A DNA stretch of 64,000 bases from Chthoniobacterales bacterium. Lineage in GTDB: Bacteria; Verrucomicrobiota; Verrucomicrobiia; Chthoniobacterales; JACTMZ01. The stretch is taken from the NCBI GenBank assembly GCA_041736875.1, contig JBGSSV010000194.1, positions 1,993-65,992 on the forward strand. The letters run 5' to 3'. The notes beneath the pieces were generated by a model. It was not told the origin of the DNA. It was given only the letters and a program-made list of their open reading frames with translations, and did not search any database. The translations under genes were made by a program, and so were the position numbers. How positions within the stretch are numbered: position 1 is the stretch's first letter; every line of letters begins with the position of its first letter. Shown here one piece after another: positions 44,133 to 56,100 of the stretch.

Positions 44133-46226
44133 TCAGTTCTCTCTCGCAGCCGCAGCTTCCGGCGGAGCGGCAGTAGCGTCCCCAATGCGGCCTTGGGCAT
44201 CGCCAAGCCGCCAGGCATGCAGCCCGCGAGAAACGTTGCGCAGGGCGTCATTCAACGTCTTCACCGGGCGGTCCACAACCGTGACCAAGCCGACGCCGAA
44301 ATTTTCCCCGTCGCCCCGTCCGGTGACCCCCTGATCGCCCCATTGGAACCAATGAGCACCCACGAAATTTGGGTGGCGCAGCGCATCCGACAAAAAGGCC
44401 TGCACAACATCGGCCTGGTTGCGCGCATCGGCCGCCCACGTCAACCCCGTGCCCAGATTGCCGTGATCCCGCATGCCGAAGTGGAATTCACTGATCAGCC
44501 ACGGCCGGTCCACCTCGGCACCCATGGAGAACCCATCGAGGTCGTGTTGGTAGATGTTGATAGAGAGGACGTCGCAATACCGCGAGGCAACCTTTCTGAC
44601 CATGGTGTTACGGACGTTGAATCGGTTGCCGAGATAGAGATGGTGGGGAAAAAATCGGTCCATGGCTGCACGGCAAAGCCCGAAATACTTGTCGGCAAAC
44701 GAAGCCAAAAAGTCCTCGAGATCCTGCTGGTAGGCTTTCTCGCCGCCCGGCCCCGGATTGGGCGTGATGGCGGTGAGATCAGCAAAGCTTGTGCCCCAGG
44801 CCTTGTTGAGCGCGGCGACATCTCCGTGACGCTCGCGCAAGAACTCGATCAAGGCGACGCGCGCGGGTGTCTGCTCGGAACTCTTGATGATCTCCTGCAC
44901 CAGTTTGGTGTCTCCCGTCCAATTGAGCTCGTTGTCCACAAAGATGCCGACCAGCCACGGGCTCGCCGCGTGGTCGGCGGCAAGAGACGCCATGCTTCTC
45001 TCCAGCGAGTCGGTGAAAGACTTGGAAAATGGATCGGCAATCTTATCGAGCGAACCCAACCGCGCCATCGCTGTGTGAATGATCAGGGTGTAGGGGACGC
45101 GTTGGGTCTGCAAAAGCTCCCTTCTCGACCATGCCCCGGCAGTGTTCACGCCCCAGTCCAACATCCGCGCCACCGTGACGTCGACGTGCTGCTTGAGCCA
45201 ATCGTCCCCGCCATACTTGCGCTTCAGATTATCCTCGTAGATCTCGACTTTCGGCTGACCTCGCATCGATTCGGGGAACAAGTGCTCGCGCCCTCGGACG
45301 ATCGATTCCGCCCCGTAGGACGCGCCGTTGACGCCGACGGACCAGAATAAGTCGCCCTCCGGATCGACGAACCACCACTTGCCATTCACTTTCTCGACCC
45401 GGAAAAAGCCTGTTGCCTCCAACTTGGGGCCACCGATCAGGCCCCCGAAGCGGCTGCGCTTGTCACCAAAGTTGGTCACGGTGGACGCGAAAGCGACATC
45501 CCTCCGGCCATCTTCCCGCAGTTCCTCCGCGCTGCGCACCTTGCCGGGCCAATCCAACCACCGCGCCTGGCCGAACTCGTCCACCATGGGAAGCTCGAAA
45601 GTGTCAAGCAACGCAGGATCCGTGCTGTAGTCACCAGAGCCCCGCGGACCCCCGATCTCGATGGTCTGACCGGCTTTTGCATTCCGCCAAGTGATCCGCA
45701 CAGTGACCCGCCGGATCGCGGCCGGATCCGCGGCAGCCCAATGAGAGCTATGTCCCCACGGGAAGGCGAAAAGCTGTCCGAGACGTTTCACGTGCGGGTG
45801 CTCGGAGGGCAGAGTCTGCCGAGCCAGGAGCGCGGTCATGTCCAGCTCTTCGTGTGCCCGGACCAGGAAACGGCCACTGGTGCCATAGCGCCATGCCTCT
45901 TCGGGGTTGCTCGTGGCCGCGATGAGCACATCAAGCTCTACAGCAGCGCCGTTCTTGATCGGAATCGCGATGTCCCGGAACGCTGATAAATCGAGCGGAG
46001 CGTCCTTGTAGGAAAATGTCACTGTCGCCCGCCCCGAAGGCTGAGTGGTCTCAAGGGCAACCGTTCCGCGAGGATCGTCTCCCGCAGTCGCGTCCATAGA
46101 AATTCGAGCCTCACCCGTCACTGCGGGCGCCAAGGCACTGACGGGCCCGGTGCTCACGAGTGCGATGACGAGCCCGCAGAGGAGAGGGCGGCTCAGTTTG
46201 GCGGTTGGGTCATTCCTCATAACCAT
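44133..46226 (-). CDS. secreted beta-sandwich + clan GH-A glycoside hydrolase, GH50/GH42-like (single-module paralog of 53152..57312)
   Basis: [53 protein letters not shown] and [26 protein letters not shown] are present. The family guess is from motif memory only. The start (46226 or 46220) overlaps the galE stop. Confidence 0.7.
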   Translation of the reverse strand: MVMRNDPTAKLSRPLLCGLVIALVSTGPVSALAPAVTGEARISMDATAGDDPRGTVALETTQPSGRATVTFSYKDAPLDLSAFRDIAIPIKNGAAVELDVLIAATSNPEEAWRYGTSGRFLVRAHEELDMTALLARQTLPSEHPHVKRLGQLFAFPWGHSSHWAAADPAAIRRVTVRITWRNAKAGQTIEIGGPRGSGDYSTDPALLDTFELPMVDEFGQARWLDWPGKVRSAEELREDGRRDVAFASTVTNFGDKRSRFGGLIGGPKLEATGFFRVEKVNGKWWFVDPEGDLFWSVGVNGASYGAESIVRGREHLFPESMRGQPKVEIYEDNLKRKYGGDDWLKQHVDVTVARMLDWGVNTAGAWSRRELLQTQRVPYTLIIHTAMARLGSLDKIADPFSKSFTDSLERSMASLAADHAASPWLVGIFVDNELNWTGDTKLVQEIIKSSEQTPARVALIEFLRERHGDVAALNKAWGTSFADLTAITPNPGPGGEKAYQQDLEDFLASFADKYFGLCRAAMDRFFPHHLYLGNRFNVRNTMVRKVASRYCDVLSINIYQHDLDGFSMGAEVDRPWLISEFHFGMRDHGNLGTGLTWAADARNQADVVQAFLSDALRHPNFVGAHWFQWGDQGVTGRGDGENFGVGLVTVVDRPVKTLNDALRNVSRGLHAWRLGDAQGRIGDATAAPPEAAAAREN

Positions 46227-47187
46227 CCGGATGTGCCCTGTGCCAGTCCCACGCGCTCTGCACGATCATTTTCAAATCCGCGTAGCGCGGCGTCCAACCC
46301 AACTCCCGCCGGATCTTGTCGCTGCCAGCCACCAGCGTGGCCACATCGCCGGGACGGCGCTCCCCCATTTCCACGGGGATCGGGTGACCGCTGATCGCCC
46401 GTGCGGCATCAATGACTTCCTTGACCGAAAAGCCCAGCCCGTTGCCCAGATTGTAGACGCGGCTGCCGGAGTCAAGCGCCTCCAGCGCGAGAATATGGGC
46501 CTGCGCGAGGTCCACCACGTGGATGTAATCCCGCACACAGGTTCCATCCGGTGTGGCATAATCGCTGCCGAAGACCGTGACGTGCTCGCGCTGTCCGAGC
46601 GCCACCTGCAGGACGATGGGGATCAAATGTGTTTCCGGGTCGTGGTCCTCGCCTCGCTCAGGGGTTCCGCCGGCGGCATTGAAGTAGCGGAGACACGCGG
46701 AGTGCAGGCCGTGAGTTCTTTCCAACCAGTAGAGCATGCGCTCGATGATGAATTTCGACTCACCGTAGGGGCTTCCCGGGATGATCTTGGCCGTTTCATC
46801 GATCGGAATTTTTTCCGGATTGTCGAAGAGATTGGCCGTGGACGAAAAAATGAACCGCTTCACGCTCCGGTCGGCCGTCACCTGCAGGAGGTTCAATGCG
46901 TTGGTGATGTTCTCGCCGAGATAGAGGAAGGGCTTCTGCATGGACTCGCCCACCAGACTGCGTGCGGCAAAGTGCATGACCGCCTCGGGTTTGTGTTGCG
47001 CAAACACCTGCTCGACCTCGCCGATGTTGGCCAGATCCCCCTCCACGAATGCCGCCTTCGGATGCACCGCGGCGCGGTGACCCTGGCTCAAGTTGTCGAA
47101 CACCACGACATCGTGCCCGGCGCGGATGAGTTCAGCCGTTGCCGTGCTTCCGACATAACCAGCTCCGCCTGTGACCAAGACTTTCAT
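46210..47187 (-). CDS. galE: UDP-glucose 4-epimerase
   Basis: [14 protein letters not shown] is the Rossmann motif. The gene also has PYGESK (YxxxK), the typical ~325-aa length and a position next to galT. Confidence 0.92.
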   Translation of the reverse strand: MKVLVTGGAGYVGSTATAELIRAGHDVVVFDNLSQGHRAAVHPKAAFVEGDLANIGEVEQVFAQHKPEAVMHFAARSLVGESMQKPFLYLGENITNALNLLQVTADRSVKRFIFSSTANLFDNPEKIPIDETAKIIPGSPYGESKFIIERMLYWLERTHGLHSACLRYFNAAGGTPERGEDHDPETHLIPIVLQVALGQREHVTVFGSDYATPDGTCVRDYIHVVDLAQAHILALEALDSGSRVYNLGNGLGFSVKEVIDAARAISGHPIPVEMGERRPGDVATLVAGSDKIRRELGWTPRYADLKMIVQSAWDWHRAHPDGYEE

Positions 47188-47206
47188 AGGAAATCCTGTT
47201 TGTTGT

Positions 47207-48247
47207 TTATTTGTGCCGGTAATGTGTGGCCGGCAGTTCGCGCAGGCGTTGGGCCGCCTGCTCCGCTGTGAGATCGCGCTGGGCCTCCGCCAACATCTCG
47301 TAACCGACCATGAATTTCTTCACGGTGGCCGAGCGCAGCAGGGGCGGATAAAAATGCGCGTGCAACTGCCAGTGGGCGAGATCCCCCGCCTCATTCGGCG
47401 CACCGTGCCAGCCCATGGAATAGGGAAACGAGGTCTCGAAGAGGTTGTCGTAGCGGATGAGCAGCGCCTGGAGCACTTCGGCCAAGCTGGTGCGCTCCGC
47501 CTCCGTCAAGTCCGGCAGACGCAGAACATGACGGGTCGGCAGCAGCAGGATTTCATACGGCCAGAGTGCCCAAAATGGAACCACCGCGACCCAGTGCTCG
47601 TTGCTCACGACGACGCGGGTCTGATCTGCCATCTCGCGTTGCACGTAATCAAGCAGCAAGACAGATCCGTGCTCGTTCCGGTAAATCCGCTGCTCGCGGT
47701 CCTCGATCGCGATCTCGTTCGGCAGGAAATTGCCGGCCCACACCTGGCCGTGCGGGTGCGGGTTGGAGCATCCCATCACCCCGCCCTTGTTCTCGAAGAC
47801 CTGCACCCAGCGGTAACGCCCACCGAGTTCGGCGGTTTGCTCCGCCCAAACGTCCACCACCTTGCGGATGTCCGGCACGGCCATTTCGGCCACCGTCAAA
47901 TCGTGGCGCGGGGAAAAGCAGATGACGCGACACTCGCCCCGCACCGGATCGACGCGCAGCAGGTTGTCTTCCGCCCCCCTTGCTTCCGGCGTGTCGGGGA
48001 GCAAGGCCGAAAAGTCGTTCGTAAAGACAAAGGTGGATTCGTAATTCGGATTCACATCATCGCCCGAACGCTTGTTGCCCGGGCAGAGGTAGCAGGTGGG
48101 ATCGTAGGCCGGACGCCCGTCGTTGGCCGCCTTCTCCGTCTGGCCCTGCCACGGGCGCTTGGTGCGATGTGGTGAAACCAGGATCCACTCGCCGCGCAAG
48201 GGATTGAAGCGGCGATGCGGATGTTCATCCGAATGAAAGGTTGTCAT
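47207..48247 (-). CDS. galT: galactose-1-phosphate uridylyltransferase (class I)
   Basis: [30 protein letters not shown] (zinc site) and [10 protein letters not shown] (HPH active site) are present. Confidence 0.92.
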   Translation of the reverse strand: MTTFHSDEHPHRRFNPLRGEWILVSPHRTKRPWQGQTEKAANDGRPAYDPTCYLCPGNKRSGDDVNPNYESTFVFTNDFSALLPDTPEARGAEDNLLRVDPVRGECRVICFSPRHDLTVAEMAVPDIRKVVDVWAEQTAELGGRYRWVQVFENKGGVMGCSNPHPHGQVWAGNFLPNEIAIEDREQRIYRNEHGSVLLLDYVQREMADQTRVVVSNEHWVAVVPFWALWPYEILLLPTRHVLRLPDLTEAERTSLAEVLQALLIRYDNLFETSFPYSMGWHGAPNEAGDLAHWQLHAHFYPPLLRSATVKKFMVGYEMLAEAQRDLTAEQAAQRLRELPATHYRHK

Positions 48248-48272
48248 GGATATTTAACGTTTGCGGTTTGGA

Positions 48273-50459
48273 TCAGATCTCACTCCCGGCGAAATCGAAC
48301 CACATGGAAGCGTTAGCCGCCAATTCGACGGTGCGCTCCCGGCCCTCGCCGTCAGTGATCTGCGTGGTCTGGGGTCCGTTGGAGTTGTTGATCACGATGT
48401 ATTTGCCTGTCTTCGGGTAGGCGGCAATTTCCGTGTGGATATTCGTGGAGAACCAGCGCCTGGCCATCTCGTCTTCCCGACCCGAGGCGAACCAGATCGC
48501 GCGTTGCAACAGGCGGCTTTGCTCCGCGCCAAGTTTGAATCCGGCCAGATACACACCGCGTCCCTTCCCGTAACTGTTGGCAGCGATGGTGACGCTGCCC
48601 TCGCCATCCTTCGCCACAATCTCCGTCGTCCCGACGCAGGGATAGATCCGCTGCACATGTTTGCCCAGATCCGGCGCGGTGCCGTTGGAATCGGCCAGGA
48701 TGAAATGACTTTCCCTCACCTCTGTGGGGATCACCTTCTTGGTGTCGTTGGAGAGGCCGTATTCTTTTTGCACGCCGAGAACATCCCACATTTGGTAGAA
48801 AGCACCGCCGTTTTCCGCCGCCGTGGGGTCTAGGACACCCAAGAGGCCGCCCCCATTGTCCACAAACTCGCGGATGGCCGCGACGACGCGGGGGTCTTTC
48901 CAATTCTCGCCGCCGCTCCACGAGGTGCCAGCGTGGCCGAGATTGATGATGACACCCACATCCGCGGGAATGCCGTTCCGGATGTCGTCGAAATTGATCC
49001 ACAAGAGATCGAACGGCTGTCCCGAGAGCGACTCAATGATCGCGCCTTCCGGCCAGGATTGATCGTAACCCCAGGAACGGTCGCGGCCCCAGGCATTGAG
49101 GATCGCCACCTTGAAGGGCGCATTCTCGACGGGGGTGAAATCCGTGTGCTCGCAAATCCCGTAGAACTCCTTGGTTTGATGCTCGATGTAGTCGATGAAG
49201 TCCGGGAACTTGACGGCCAGATCCAAATACCCGCCGTAGCCGATGCGATGGACGAGTTTGCGGAGCATGGCCCGGCGGATCCACATCCAGTATTTCTTGC
49301 AGTCGGCCACCGGATCGCCACCCTCCTGAAACGTGGGTCGGTTGAGCAGATCGACCGCGAAGAAGTAGGGGTAAAGGCGGAGCTCTTTGACCAACTCGCC
49401 CGGCACGTCGGCGATGCGACGAACTTCGCGGCCATTGATGCAGGGCCCGATGATTCCGTCGAAGCCGATCTGCTGGAACTTCGGCTTGTAGGGTTCCGTG
49501 CCGATCCAGTGGTCGCAGTAGAAGAGCACCGCCTTCTTGCCGACCGCGTGAACCTGCTGAACGCACTGCTTGGCCCAATCGACCATGAACTCGTGGACGA
49601 ACTCGATCCAATCGAGGTAAGCCTTGCTGGGCACGCGGTCGGTCGAGCAGAGGTAGCCGTTGTCGATGATGTCATTCGGGCGCAAGCGATATCCCTTCTT
49701 CGCCTCGAATTCGTCAAGAGCCTGGGCGGACATGCAGTCGAGGTAGCCATACCAATCCTGATAGAGCGTCTCGTGCGCCGGGTTGGTGATGATGGGAAAT
49801 TGGTAGGCCATCGAGGTGAAGCGCACGTAGTCCGTGCCGGGATGGGTTTCCAGCCACTTGTCGAGGAACTTGGCCAGATGCTCCCGGGTCGCCTTCTTGC
49901 GCGGATCCACCCCGGACTGGTGCGGCTTGTCGCCCCAGTTGTTGGTGAGGTGATTATACATCGAGGTCGTTTCCCAGATCTGGAAGACGAGGAAATTGAC
50001 GCTGTAAACATTCCACTTGGCGCAGTTGCGCACCGTGACGATGCCGCGGGCGTAATCCCAGTCGGAGGTCGGCACGACCTCGCCGGTCGTGCGGTTGATC
50101 ACCTCCCAATACTTCTTGGCGTCGTTGATCTCATCGATCCGGTATTGCTGCGGCGAATACCGTGCGAGGATGTCGATCTGCATGGTGGCCTCCCGGGCCA
50201 CCTGCGGCGTGGAGAAGAGATACTTCTGCTGGTTGTCCTCGGGATGGGCACGGTTCCACTCCTGGTCCGCCCGGATCAGGCAAAGCGTGGAATAAATGTC
50301 ATAGCCGAGGCGGGTGATCGAGTCCGACAGGACGGTTCCATCCGAGTCGCGGATGGCATCCGCGCCCCAGCGCTTCGCGAGGTCCACGACCACGTCGTCC
50401 ATTCCTGCTTGGGCCGGCAGGGTGAACCCCCCTCGCTTTGCGTGTGTTTTTTCAGGCAT
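48273..50459 (-). CDS. GH112 beta-galactoside phosphorylase (1,3-beta-galactosyl-N-acetylhexosamine phosphorylase family)
   Basis: ATG at 50459 gives MPEKTHAKRGGFTLPAQAGMDDVVVDLAKRWGADAIRDSDGTVL. This matches the conserved N-terminus of lacto-N-biose/galacto-N-biose phosphorylases (G.FTLP...WGADAIR.SDGT). The length is ~728 aa. The tracked 808-aa ORF carries a spurious extension. Confidence 0.85.
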   Translation of the reverse strand: MPEKTHAKRGGFTLPAQAGMDDVVVDLAKRWGADAIRDSDGTVLSDSITRLGYDIYSTLCLIRADQEWNRAHPEDNQQKYLFSTPQVAREATMQIDILARYSPQQYRIDEINDAKKYWEVINRTTGEVVPTSDWDYARGIVTVRNCAKWNVYSVNFLVFQIWETTSMYNHLTNNWGDKPHQSGVDPRKKATREHLAKFLDKWLETHPGTDYVRFTSMAYQFPIITNPAHETLYQDWYGYLDCMSAQALDEFEAKKGYRLRPNDIIDNGYLCSTDRVPSKAYLDWIEFVHEFMVDWAKQCVQQVHAVGKKAVLFYCDHWIGTEPYKPKFQQIGFDGIIGPCINGREVRRIADVPGELVKELRLYPYFFAVDLLNRPTFQEGGDPVADCKKYWMWIRRAMLRKLVHRIGYGGYLDLAVKFPDFIDYIEHQTKEFYGICEHTDFTPVENAPFKVAILNAWGRDRSWGYDQSWPEGAIIESLSGQPFDLLWINFDDIRNGIPADVGVIINLGHAGTSWSGGENWKDPRVVAAIREFVDNGGGLLGVLDPTAAENGGAFYQMWDVLGVQKEYGLSNDTKKVIPTEVRESHFILADSNGTAPDLGKHVQRIYPCVGTTEIVAKDGEGSVTIAANSYGKGRGVYLAGFKLGAEQSRLLQRAIWFASGREDEMARRWFSTNIHTEIAAYPKTGKYIVINNSNGPQTTQITDGEGRERTVELAANASMWFDFAGSEI

Positions 50460-51582
50460 GTTGGTTTTCTGATTCCGGGTGATTTCGCTTTTCAAAAACG
50501 GTGAGATCCCAACCATCGTGCCAGTGAATCGTGAAGCCTCGGTCTGCTTGCCACGAAACCGGAAGCCACACATAACGACCGTCGATCGCATTGGCGGGGG
50601 TCCAAATATCGAACAGGGCGATGAACGCATCGGCGAGGCCATGGACCTTCTGCACGTAAGTGCTCTGCGCTCCGAAGGTCTTCTCCGGGCCGAACCCATT
50701 CTGCGGGTTCACCCCCCGGCAAGGGTTCTCCATCTCGTGCCAGGGGCCCATGATGTTTTGCGCGATGGCGCAGCGGGCCGCGTTGGGGTCCCAACCGGTG
50801 CAACCGCTGGCAATCAGGTAGTAAAATCCATCACGCTTGAAGACCGCCGCGGCTTCCATGTAGCGGCCCTCGAAGAGGCGGACGAAGCGCCCGGCCGGGG
50901 AAAGATAATCTGCCTCAAGTTCCGAGATGTGAAGAGTGCTATTCTCCTCGGAGGAAAAGATATGATACGCCTTGCCGTCCTCATCCACAAAGAGGTTCAT
51001 GTCGCGGGCCATCTGGCCGTGGGGCAGGTCGCGGGCGAAGATGTTACTTTGGATGACGTTCAGTCGCGGCAGCGGATGGTCGCCAGTGAACCCATCGCCG
51101 ACCAAGCCCGGGGAATGTAGCGTAGGGGAATCATTCAGCGGATAGGCCCCCGCGTTGGGACGAAAGGCGCGAAGGTAGGTGAACGGTCCGGTCGGCCGGT
51201 CAGCCACGGCAACCCCGCTGCTGGCGGTGTCATAGCCGCAGCCCTTTTTTTCCAGGTGAAACCACATGACAAACTTCCCGGTGGACGAGTTGAAAATCAC
51301 CTTGGGGCGTTCGAGAATGCAGCCGACTTCGATGTCATGGCCGGGCTCCGTGCTGACCGCGAGGGCAATGCCTTCGTCCTTCCAATCGTAAAGATCCGGG
51401 GAGGAATAAGCATGCACGCCGACCATGGCCCGATTGCCCGCGTCGCCTTCGATCTTGTGCTCCCCGAACCAGTAGTAAGTCCCCTCGTGGAAAAGCAGCC
51501 CACCCCCGTGGGCGTTGATGGGGACACCGTTGGTGTCATTCCAGGTTTTTCCCGGCTCAAACATGCGAAGCGACGTGCTCAT
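50452..51582 (-). CDS. cytoplasmic GH43 hydrolase, exo-beta-1,3-galactanase-like
   Basis: PINAHGGGLLFHEGTYYWFGEHK and GKFVMWFHLE are the GH43 blocks. No signal peptide is present (MSTSLRMFEPGKTWND). The 3' end overlaps the GH112 start by 8 nt. Confidence 0.75.
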   Translation of the reverse strand: MSTSLRMFEPGKTWNDTNGVPINAHGGGLLFHEGTYYWFGEHKIEGDAGNRAMVGVHAYSSPDLYDWKDEGIALAVSTEPGHDIEVGCILERPKVIFNSSTGKFVMWFHLEKKGCGYDTASSGVAVADRPTGPFTYLRAFRPNAGAYPLNDSPTLHSPGLVGDGFTGDHPLPRLNVIQSNIFARDLPHGQMARDMNLFVDEDGKAYHIFSSEENSTLHISELEADYLSPAGRFVRLFEGRYMEAAAVFKRDGFYYLIASGCTGWDPNAARCAIAQNIMGPWHEMENPCRGVNPQNGFGPEKTFGAQSTYVQKVHGLADAFIALFDIWTPANAIDGRYVWLPVSWQADRGFTIHWHDGWDLTVFEKRNHPESENQHA

Positions 51583-51641
51583 ACTTTTTCCTGATCTTCG
51601 GCTTCTTGGACGATGGTGAATGGTGTTTCCGCTTGGGGTTC

Positions 51642-53162
51642 TCAGATTCCAGCCCGCAAGCGCTCGAGCTCCCTGCGGTTATTCTCCGCCTTTTCCCTCG
51701 TGAGGGGATAGAACTTGAGAAGGACGAAACACAGGATGGCCGGACCGGCAGCGCCCAGGCACATGGCCAGGCGCATGTTAAGGTAGGTTTCCGGGCTCTG
51801 CGATGACGCACCGGGATCGAAGCCGATGGCGTTGAGGAAAACGCCGATCATGACGAAGCTGATGGCAAACGAGGCTTTCATGAACCAGCCGTAGATCGCC
51901 CCGAACATGCCTTCTCGCCGACAGCCATTCTTGATCTCGTCATCGTCACACACGTCGGCAATCAGCGACTGGCCAAGAACACCCACGCCGATCCAGAACA
52001 GGCCGCCAGTCAAAGGATCGAGCCAAATGAGCGACTGAAAGACCGCGACGAGCGAACCGCCCACAGCCTCCAGACTCGACCAGCTCAGCGCGGTGTCGAA
52101 GCGACCGGGGCGATAGACAAACCAGCGGATGGCCGCGTTGAGGATCATCATGCCGTAGATGAACATGAAGCCGCGGATCTTGGTCATTTTCCCGGTCAAC
52201 CAGACGATCAAGGGGATGCCGAGAACGCCGACCAAAGCATAGCCGACGGTCACAATCAGCTTCCACTGCGTTCCCACCGCTACGTCGCCATTCGAGAGGT
52301 AGTAGATCAGAAGATACCAGTCCATGTTGCTGGCAAACATGCCGGCAATGATGGTGAAGACGGCGATGGCACAGAGAATCGCGAACGCCCGGTTTTGCAG
52401 GCACATCCGGACGGATGACCAGAAACGATCCCTCTTCCCGTGGTGTTCCTTGATGTTGATTTCATAGTTGCGCTCTCTGCCGAAGAAGGCGGGGAGCATG
52501 CCGAAGAGCGTCATGCCGATTCCGCCGTAAACGGCTGCGGACATGCGGATGCCTTCCATTTTCTCCGCCGTGGTCAGGTCGCCGGATTCGGCGTAGCCGT
52601 ATTTCCAGGCGATGAACATCAACGAGAAGGGAATCAGGCCCATGTAGGTCATCTCGCCCAAGCGGTTCCAGAATGTGACGTAGCCCTGCACGATGGTGCG
52701 CTCGTCGTAGTCCGGCGTCATCTCGTAGGTCAGGGCGATGAAGGGCACCGAGAAGATCGTGTAGGCGGTATAGAACAGAATGCTGGTCGTAAGGAACCAA
52801 GCCAGCTTTCCGGCATCGCTCCACTCCATCGGGATCATCCAGATTGATGCAAAGGTCAGGCCCATGAGAATGGCGCCGCAGAAAATGAACGGTCGACGGC
52901 GACCGAAGCGCGATCTGAAGTTGTCCGAGATATTCCCCATGATGGGGTCGGTGATGGCATCCCACAGGAGCGGGATGGCCAGCACGATGCCCACCCAGAA
53001 GGCATTGATGCCCAGAATCATGTTCAGCACCGCCTGTCCGGTCGTGCGAACGCTTTGGTTGCCCAGTGAGACGGTGAATCCCCCAGTGCCTACCGACAAC
53101 TTCTCGGCGATGCTCAGTTTCCCGCTGTTTGGCGCCGGTGGCTGATGTGGGCTATTGTCCAT
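51642..53162 (-). CDS. glycoside-pentoside-hexuronide (GPH):cation symporter, MFS
   Basis: ATG at 53162 gives MDNSPHQPPAPNSGKLSIAEK. DAITDPIMGNISDNFRSRFGRRRPFI is the GPH signature, and about 12 hydrophobic segments follow. Confidence 0.85.
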   Translation of the reverse strand: MDNSPHQPPAPNSGKLSIAEKLSVGTGGFTVSLGNQSVRTTGQAVLNMILGINAFWVGIVLAIPLLWDAITDPIMGNISDNFRSRFGRRRPFIFCGAILMGLTFASIWMIPMEWSDAGKLAWFLTTSILFYTAYTIFSVPFIALTYEMTPDYDERTIVQGYVTFWNRLGEMTYMGLIPFSLMFIAWKYGYAESGDLTTAEKMEGIRMSAAVYGGIGMTLFGMLPAFFGRERNYEINIKEHHGKRDRFWSSVRMCLQNRAFAILCAIAVFTIIAGMFASNMDWYLLIYYLSNGDVAVGTQWKLIVTVGYALVGVLGIPLIVWLTGKMTKIRGFMFIYGMMILNAAIRWFVYRPGRFDTALSWSSLEAVGGSLVAVFQSLIWLDPLTGGLFWIGVGVLGQSLIADVCDDDEIKNGCRREGMFGAIYGWFMKASFAISFVMIGVFLNAIGFDPGASSQSPETYLNMRLAMCLGAAGPAILCFVLLKFYPLTREKAENNRRELERLRAGI

Positions 53163-56100
53163 AAAGATTTCTTCCGCAGGCCGCCATGGCGCGGACCAGT
53201 TCGGCGTTGGGGCCGTCCGCGACATCATAGAGGCCGACGTCGAAATTCTCGCCATCGTAACGACCGGCGGCGCTCTGGTCACGCCACTGGAACCAGTGGG
53301 CGCCGACAAGTTTGGGATTTTTCACGGCTTCAGCGATGAATTCCTTGAGCAACCGCCCCTGCTGCACCGCATCTTGCGCGCTGCGCAAGCCGCCGCCGAG
53401 GTTGTTGCCCGAGACGTCGGCGAAATGGAATTCCGAGATGAGGACGGGCTTGTCGGTTGCGCCATACTGTTTGAGCTCGGGATGATAGGAGTAAATGTTG
53501 GCGCTGATCACATCGGCATGCCGGGCCAGCGCGGCGATGACCTCGGATGGACCGGAGTTCATCCGGCAACCGAGATATAGCACGTTGGGCGAGTAGGCGG
53601 TGAGTTCTTCCCGGACCATGCTGAACATGGTGTCGGCAAACAATGTGGCCAAGGCCGAGCAATCGGCGGCATCGGCCTCCGAAAACAAATCGGGGTCGGT
53701 TGTTTTCAACAGATCATCCCAACTCCCCAGCGTCGTCTTCCACGCTCGGTTCAGCGCCGCGATGTCGCCGTGCTTTTTCTTGAGCCATCCGATGAAAACC
53801 TTCCGCGCCTTCGAACCGGTGGTGCTGTGACCGAAGATGGCGCCGACCAGAAGCCGGGCGTCGTTCTTCCAATGCAGCTCGTTGTCCACGAACGCGCCGA
53901 GGCACCAGGGGTCGTTGGCAAACTTGACGGGATAACCTGCCAACGCCTTGCGCAAACTGAGGCGGGTTTCCGGGTTGAACGGGTCGGGCAGTTTAGGAGC
54001 AGCCTCGGGATACACGTAATGTAGCATGGCCACATAGGGCACTTCCCGGCGCTCGATGATGGCGTTGTCCGACCACGCACCGATGGTGTTGAGGTGGGTG
54101 TATTTGAGACGCTCGACATCCTGGTCGACCTGCTGCTTTTCCCAGCCCTCGCCGTATTTTCGCCATAGGTTGGCCCTCGTGAAATCGAAATGGGGCACGT
54201 CGGGCCGGGCAAGAAAGTTTTCCTCCACCTCGAGCTTCGTGTGGAAGCGCCCGAATACCGGGTCGTCCGCCGCAGGCAGATCTTGGAAGACCGCCTGATC
54301 CCGCTCGGTGGGCGTCTGGCCGGCGAAGTCAATGCCGATGCAGTTGGCGCCAAACGACCAGAAAAGCCGCCCCTCCGGATCCACAAACCACCATTTACCT
54401 TTCACCTTCTCCGAGCGGAAAAAGCCGGTCGCCTTGAGCTGGGGACCGGCCTGCCAGCCGCCATACTTATTGAGGTCGCGGGCCGGTCCGATTTCCCGGA
54501 CCAGCGCGTCTTCGACCTTTGCTTTCGCTTTGATGTCGTCATCGGAGAGGACCTTCCCCGGCCAGGTGCGGTGGAGGTATTGACCGTAACGATCAAGGAT
54601 CGGGAGGACATCGGCCAGGCTCTCATCCGTTTCTTGCAGTGGAGCCATGGGGCCGAGTTCGAACGCATGCTCCTCGGGAGTGGAGCAGGTGATGACAAGA
54701 TCCCTCACATCCGCCGGATCGAAGGTGTGCCAGTGGCGGAAGTAACCGTTCGGCCGACCGGACATGCGGAGGTAAGCCGGATGCTTCGCGCGATAGTCGG
54801 CCGTGCGTTGGAAGGCCACGCCCAGCGGCAGCGTCTCCCCAGATTTGATCACGGTGCGGCCAAGGGCGGACTTCGAAAACGTGGTCGCGCCGTCGTTGCG
54901 AGCCATCACGTCCAGAACAAGCTCCGTTGGTCCCGTGTTTTTCACTATCAGGCCGAGCACGCGGATATTCTGCATGTTCCAGGCCTCGCCGTGGGCCGGC
55001 TCCAGCACGAGGCGAAACGGACCTTGGCCGCGGATCTCCTGAACTTCCTTGCCTGGGGAGACTTTCACTCCCTCGCTTTTTTCAATGCGGTAGGGAATCG
55101 ACTCTGAGCCCGGGGCGCCAACTTCACCGCGCCAGAGCTTCTCGAGCGATTCCAGCAGGGTGGACGACTTGTCCGTTCCGAGCTCATACATGCGCTCGGA
55201 CATCGCGCGCGAGGCGCGGGTGATTTCCGGATACGGCGTGTCGGTCACATCCACGAAGCCTATCTGGTAGTTCTCCCCCGAGCTTCCTCCGGGTGACACC
55301 GGGCGGGCGGCGGCCGATTGGTCGGGGAAGGCGAACCAGTGCGTGCCGACGATATTCGGGTGCTTGAGGCCCGACAGCACGTAGGCCACGTAGGCACGAC
55401 TGCGCTGGATCTGGTCGCCGACCGGCCACAACCCCACGCCGGGCACCCCTCGGTCCGGAGCCCCGAAGTGGAATTCGGTTTCCATGCAGGGCATGTCGCC
55501 TGCCTTGGAAACCTTGGAGCCGGAGAGTGGTTCGTAGCTGTTGCCGCTGAGGACATCCACATACTTGGCCGATTCTTCGTAAACTTCTTGGTCGGCCTTG
55601 TGCTTGCGGGACCCGAGGTAGAGGTGGTTCGGCAAGGCCTCGCGCATGGCTTCGCGACAAAGCCGGTAGTAGGTGCCAGAGATGAGGCGCTTCAGGTCCG
55701 AGAGGTCGGCTTTGAAACCCTCGGTCTCGTTTTCGGCATCCGGCAGCGCCCCGATCGCTTGCCACGAGTCATAGGATGTTCCCCACGCGCTGTTGAGTTT
55801 TTTGATCGTCCCGTGCTTGTTTTTGAGCCATTCCACGGAAGCGATTCGTGCGGGCTGTTCGGGGCCGCGGAGGAAGGCATTCTGCACGAAGGGTTCGTTC
55901 CAATAGATCTCGTTGTCGATGAAGACGCCGAGAACCCACGGGTTGTCCTTGTCCGGAACGATCCGGCGCAGTCCCTCGACCACGCCGGCTTTGAAGTCCT
56001 TGGCGAACGGATCGACCACCTTGTTGCCGAGGGGCGAACCTTTGCCACCCAGATGGAGAATGGGGGTGAACGGCGTGCGTTGGTCCGCCATCAGCCCGGC

